A stretch of 64,000 nt of DNA from contig CAXHJY010000963.1 in the NCBI GenBank assembly GCA_964016885.1, positions 38,738 to 102,737 of the forward strand. Reading direction: 5' to 3'. Each line of letters opens with the position of its first letter. The stretch's first letter is position 1. A program made the position numbers and the translations under genes. The notes under the pieces are model-generated. The model did not search any database and had not been told where the DNA came from. It worked only from the letters and a program-made list of their open reading frames with translations. Shown one piece after another: positions 61,958 through 64,000 of the stretch. The stretch is from Eledone cirrhosa. Taxonomy: Eukaryota.

Positions 61958-62259
61958 ATCTAGGGCGGGTAAAATTCCCGAGATCCATGGACGAGTTCTC
62001 TCCAGCGGTCTCTGTCCCTCATTGTCGCTGCCATGTCCTGCGGCTCCAACAGACCAGTGTCTGTCCTTAGGGCATCAACATATGTTAACCTTGGTCTTCC
62101 TCTTCCAGTGTGTCCATGAGGATGACTCTGAACATTAATCAGTATACACTGAGGATGAAAAACTCAGAGCTGTACGGGAGCCTCCCAAAAGTCAGCTCAA
62201 AGGCGACACAGATGAGACTGAGGTTAGCTGGACATGCTCACCGACATCCAGAGTTAACA
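61958..62259 (-). mobile_element. RTE-clade LINE 3' fragment with 5' inversion
   Basis: 61958-62118 is the 3' end on the minus strand. 62117-62259 is the upstream part (RMTLNINQYTLRMKNSELYG..HPELT) on the plus strand. Confidence 0.85.
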
Positions 62260-62270
62260 TATATATATAT

Positions 62271-62374
62271 AAAGAGTCAGGACCCCGACGGCTGAGCTCC
62301 TGCCGTTTCGACAGCTAGATCCGAACTAACCAGCAGTATTCCCCATGGCCCACCTGGTTCCTTACCACACTTTA
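62271..62374. mobile_element. Family H deletion derivative
   Basis: Left arm aaagagtcaggaccccgacggctgagctcctgccgtttcgacagctagatccg is joined to the tail end ctggttccttaccaca. Confidence 0.7.
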
Positions 62375-62379
62375 TTTGT

Positions 62380-62430
<51 letters not shown>

Positions 62431-63945
62431 CACTGAAAAAAGAGAATCAGTGTTGCGACGAAAGGAATTTATTGGACATATTAAAATTGTTTCTCGGGCG
62501 ACCAGCTTGAGGTACGATCGATATGGTGATCGAACCCGACTCTGAAATCGCGCGGTCGTCGGGTACGTCTCGATTCTACGAAGCAGATACTCCCATTTAG
62601 ATATATATGTATATTATAATAAATATATATATATATATATATTATAATAAATATATATATATATTTTATAATAAATATATATATATATTTTATAATAAAT
62701 ATATATATATATTTTATAATAAATATATATATATATTTTATAATAACTATATATATATATTTTATAATAACTATATATATATATATATATATATTTTATA
62801 ATAACTATATATATATATAAATATACCCATGGTGTCTACAAACTCTGTTAAGAGTATTGCAATCGATTGTCAGATTATAGAAAATCGTGTACTTTTAGGC
62901 TACGGCCAGCCACACGAATATGTAACAAATCGGACCTTGAGCAGACCAATAACGAAACACGCGTCACCATTCAATAAACGTAATGAAGACATAACATAAA
63001 CACCTTCTCCATTCTGTCCGCCGGGGCTGTGGGAAGGCCAGCACGTGGGACCCCATTTTCTCACCATACGGAGAGATGGGAAGGGTGAGAGAAATGGAGG
63101 CGATGACAGTGGGATGGGAGTTCGTCTCTTCCACGTTTGGACCATATCCTTGAGGTTGTGTTTATCGAGCTCTAGTGCAGCAATGAAATCAGTGCCTTGG
63201 GAGTGGGATATAATCTGTAAGTGTGTTGTTAGCGTCAGTCGTGACAGAATCACAAACTCAATAAAACTTCCTTTTAATCTAAAAAATAATAATAAAAACA
63301 TACCGTCCTTCTTATATCGATAATGTGAAAAAAGCTATAAAGCTAAACAATGCAAATTGGACGGTAAGATTAAGGTAGGGAAAAAGTAAGTTACCTGGTA
63401 ATCTTGGTTTTGTTGTTTCTTTCGTCCTAATATTTCGGGTCTTAAAATCCCTTCTCCGCAGTTTAAGGAACTTTCAGGGAAAAATGTTCAGATATATTCT
63501 CTTTGGGATTAAATTTGGATTTAAATTTCTTAAACAGTTTTCAAGATAGAAACATAGATCAGGATTACAACAGGTTTAAAATAATGAGACTCGGAAAAGG
63601 AGATTGTTACTAGAGCTGAGAGTCAGGTCTCAACGGATGGATTCGTCCCTCCACCCAAAATAGGATATTCCAGAACACATGTTGTAGAAAGTCGGTGATT
63701 GGTAGAATGGTAAATACGTTCAATAAAGACTATTTAGTGTAACTATTGACGTCCAGAGATCGAATCATGCCGAGGTCATTGCTACCAGTAACGGAAGGTC
63801 AAATTTAAAAGCAGTTCTGCTGGGCTCATCTGATGAACGGAAAAACATTAGCTTACTTATATCTTATAGCATGACATTATATATATATATATATATATAT
63901 ATACATAAAAATATATAGTAAATATTATACAGACATATATATATA

Positions 63946-64000
63946 TGAGATTCCTGATGATTTCTAAAGAATGAAGCAGTTCTAGTCCTGTAGAATCTCA
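63946..64000 (+). ncRNA. Hammerhead ribozyme family A, third copy (runs off window end)
   Basis: TGAGATTC-CTGATGA-TTTCTAAAGAAT-GAA-GCAG-TTCTAGTC-CTGT-A-GAATCTCA. A15.1 is changed to G. It starts directly after (TA)n. Confidence 0.75.

Noticed and set aside
63830-63856. CTGATGA-ACG-GAAA hammerhead-like core
   Set aside because: There is no helix II and no convincing helix I or III pairing.

Overview
Eukaryotic, AT-rich, microsatellite-saturated intronic/intergenic DNA. It is most likely from a cephalopod (Octopus-like), inferred from the extreme (AT)n/(CA)n/(GGT)n load and the SINE types. I cannot support any intact protein-coding gene. Almost all ORFs in the track are artefacts of simple repeats. 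The non-simple sequence is mostly mobile-element debris: many tRNA-derived SINE copies, RTE-clade LINE fragments (one 5'-inverted, one bipartite non-autonomous element), hAT- and piggyBac-type MITEs, Helentron-like ends, a 5 kb 74-bp satellite and several minisatellites. The most striking signal is a set of short fold-back (inverted-repeat) elements embedded in (TA)n tracts. They belong to at least five sequence families and carry type I hammerhead ribozyme cores (CUGANGA...GAAA...UH) with base-paired, co-varying helices. They also share a conserved RCTC...GAGY hairpin about 35-60 nt before their 3' end. They look like pseudo-LTR remnants of Penelope-like retroelements (or related retrozymes) that target (TA)n. 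All folds were read by eye; no database search or folding program was run.
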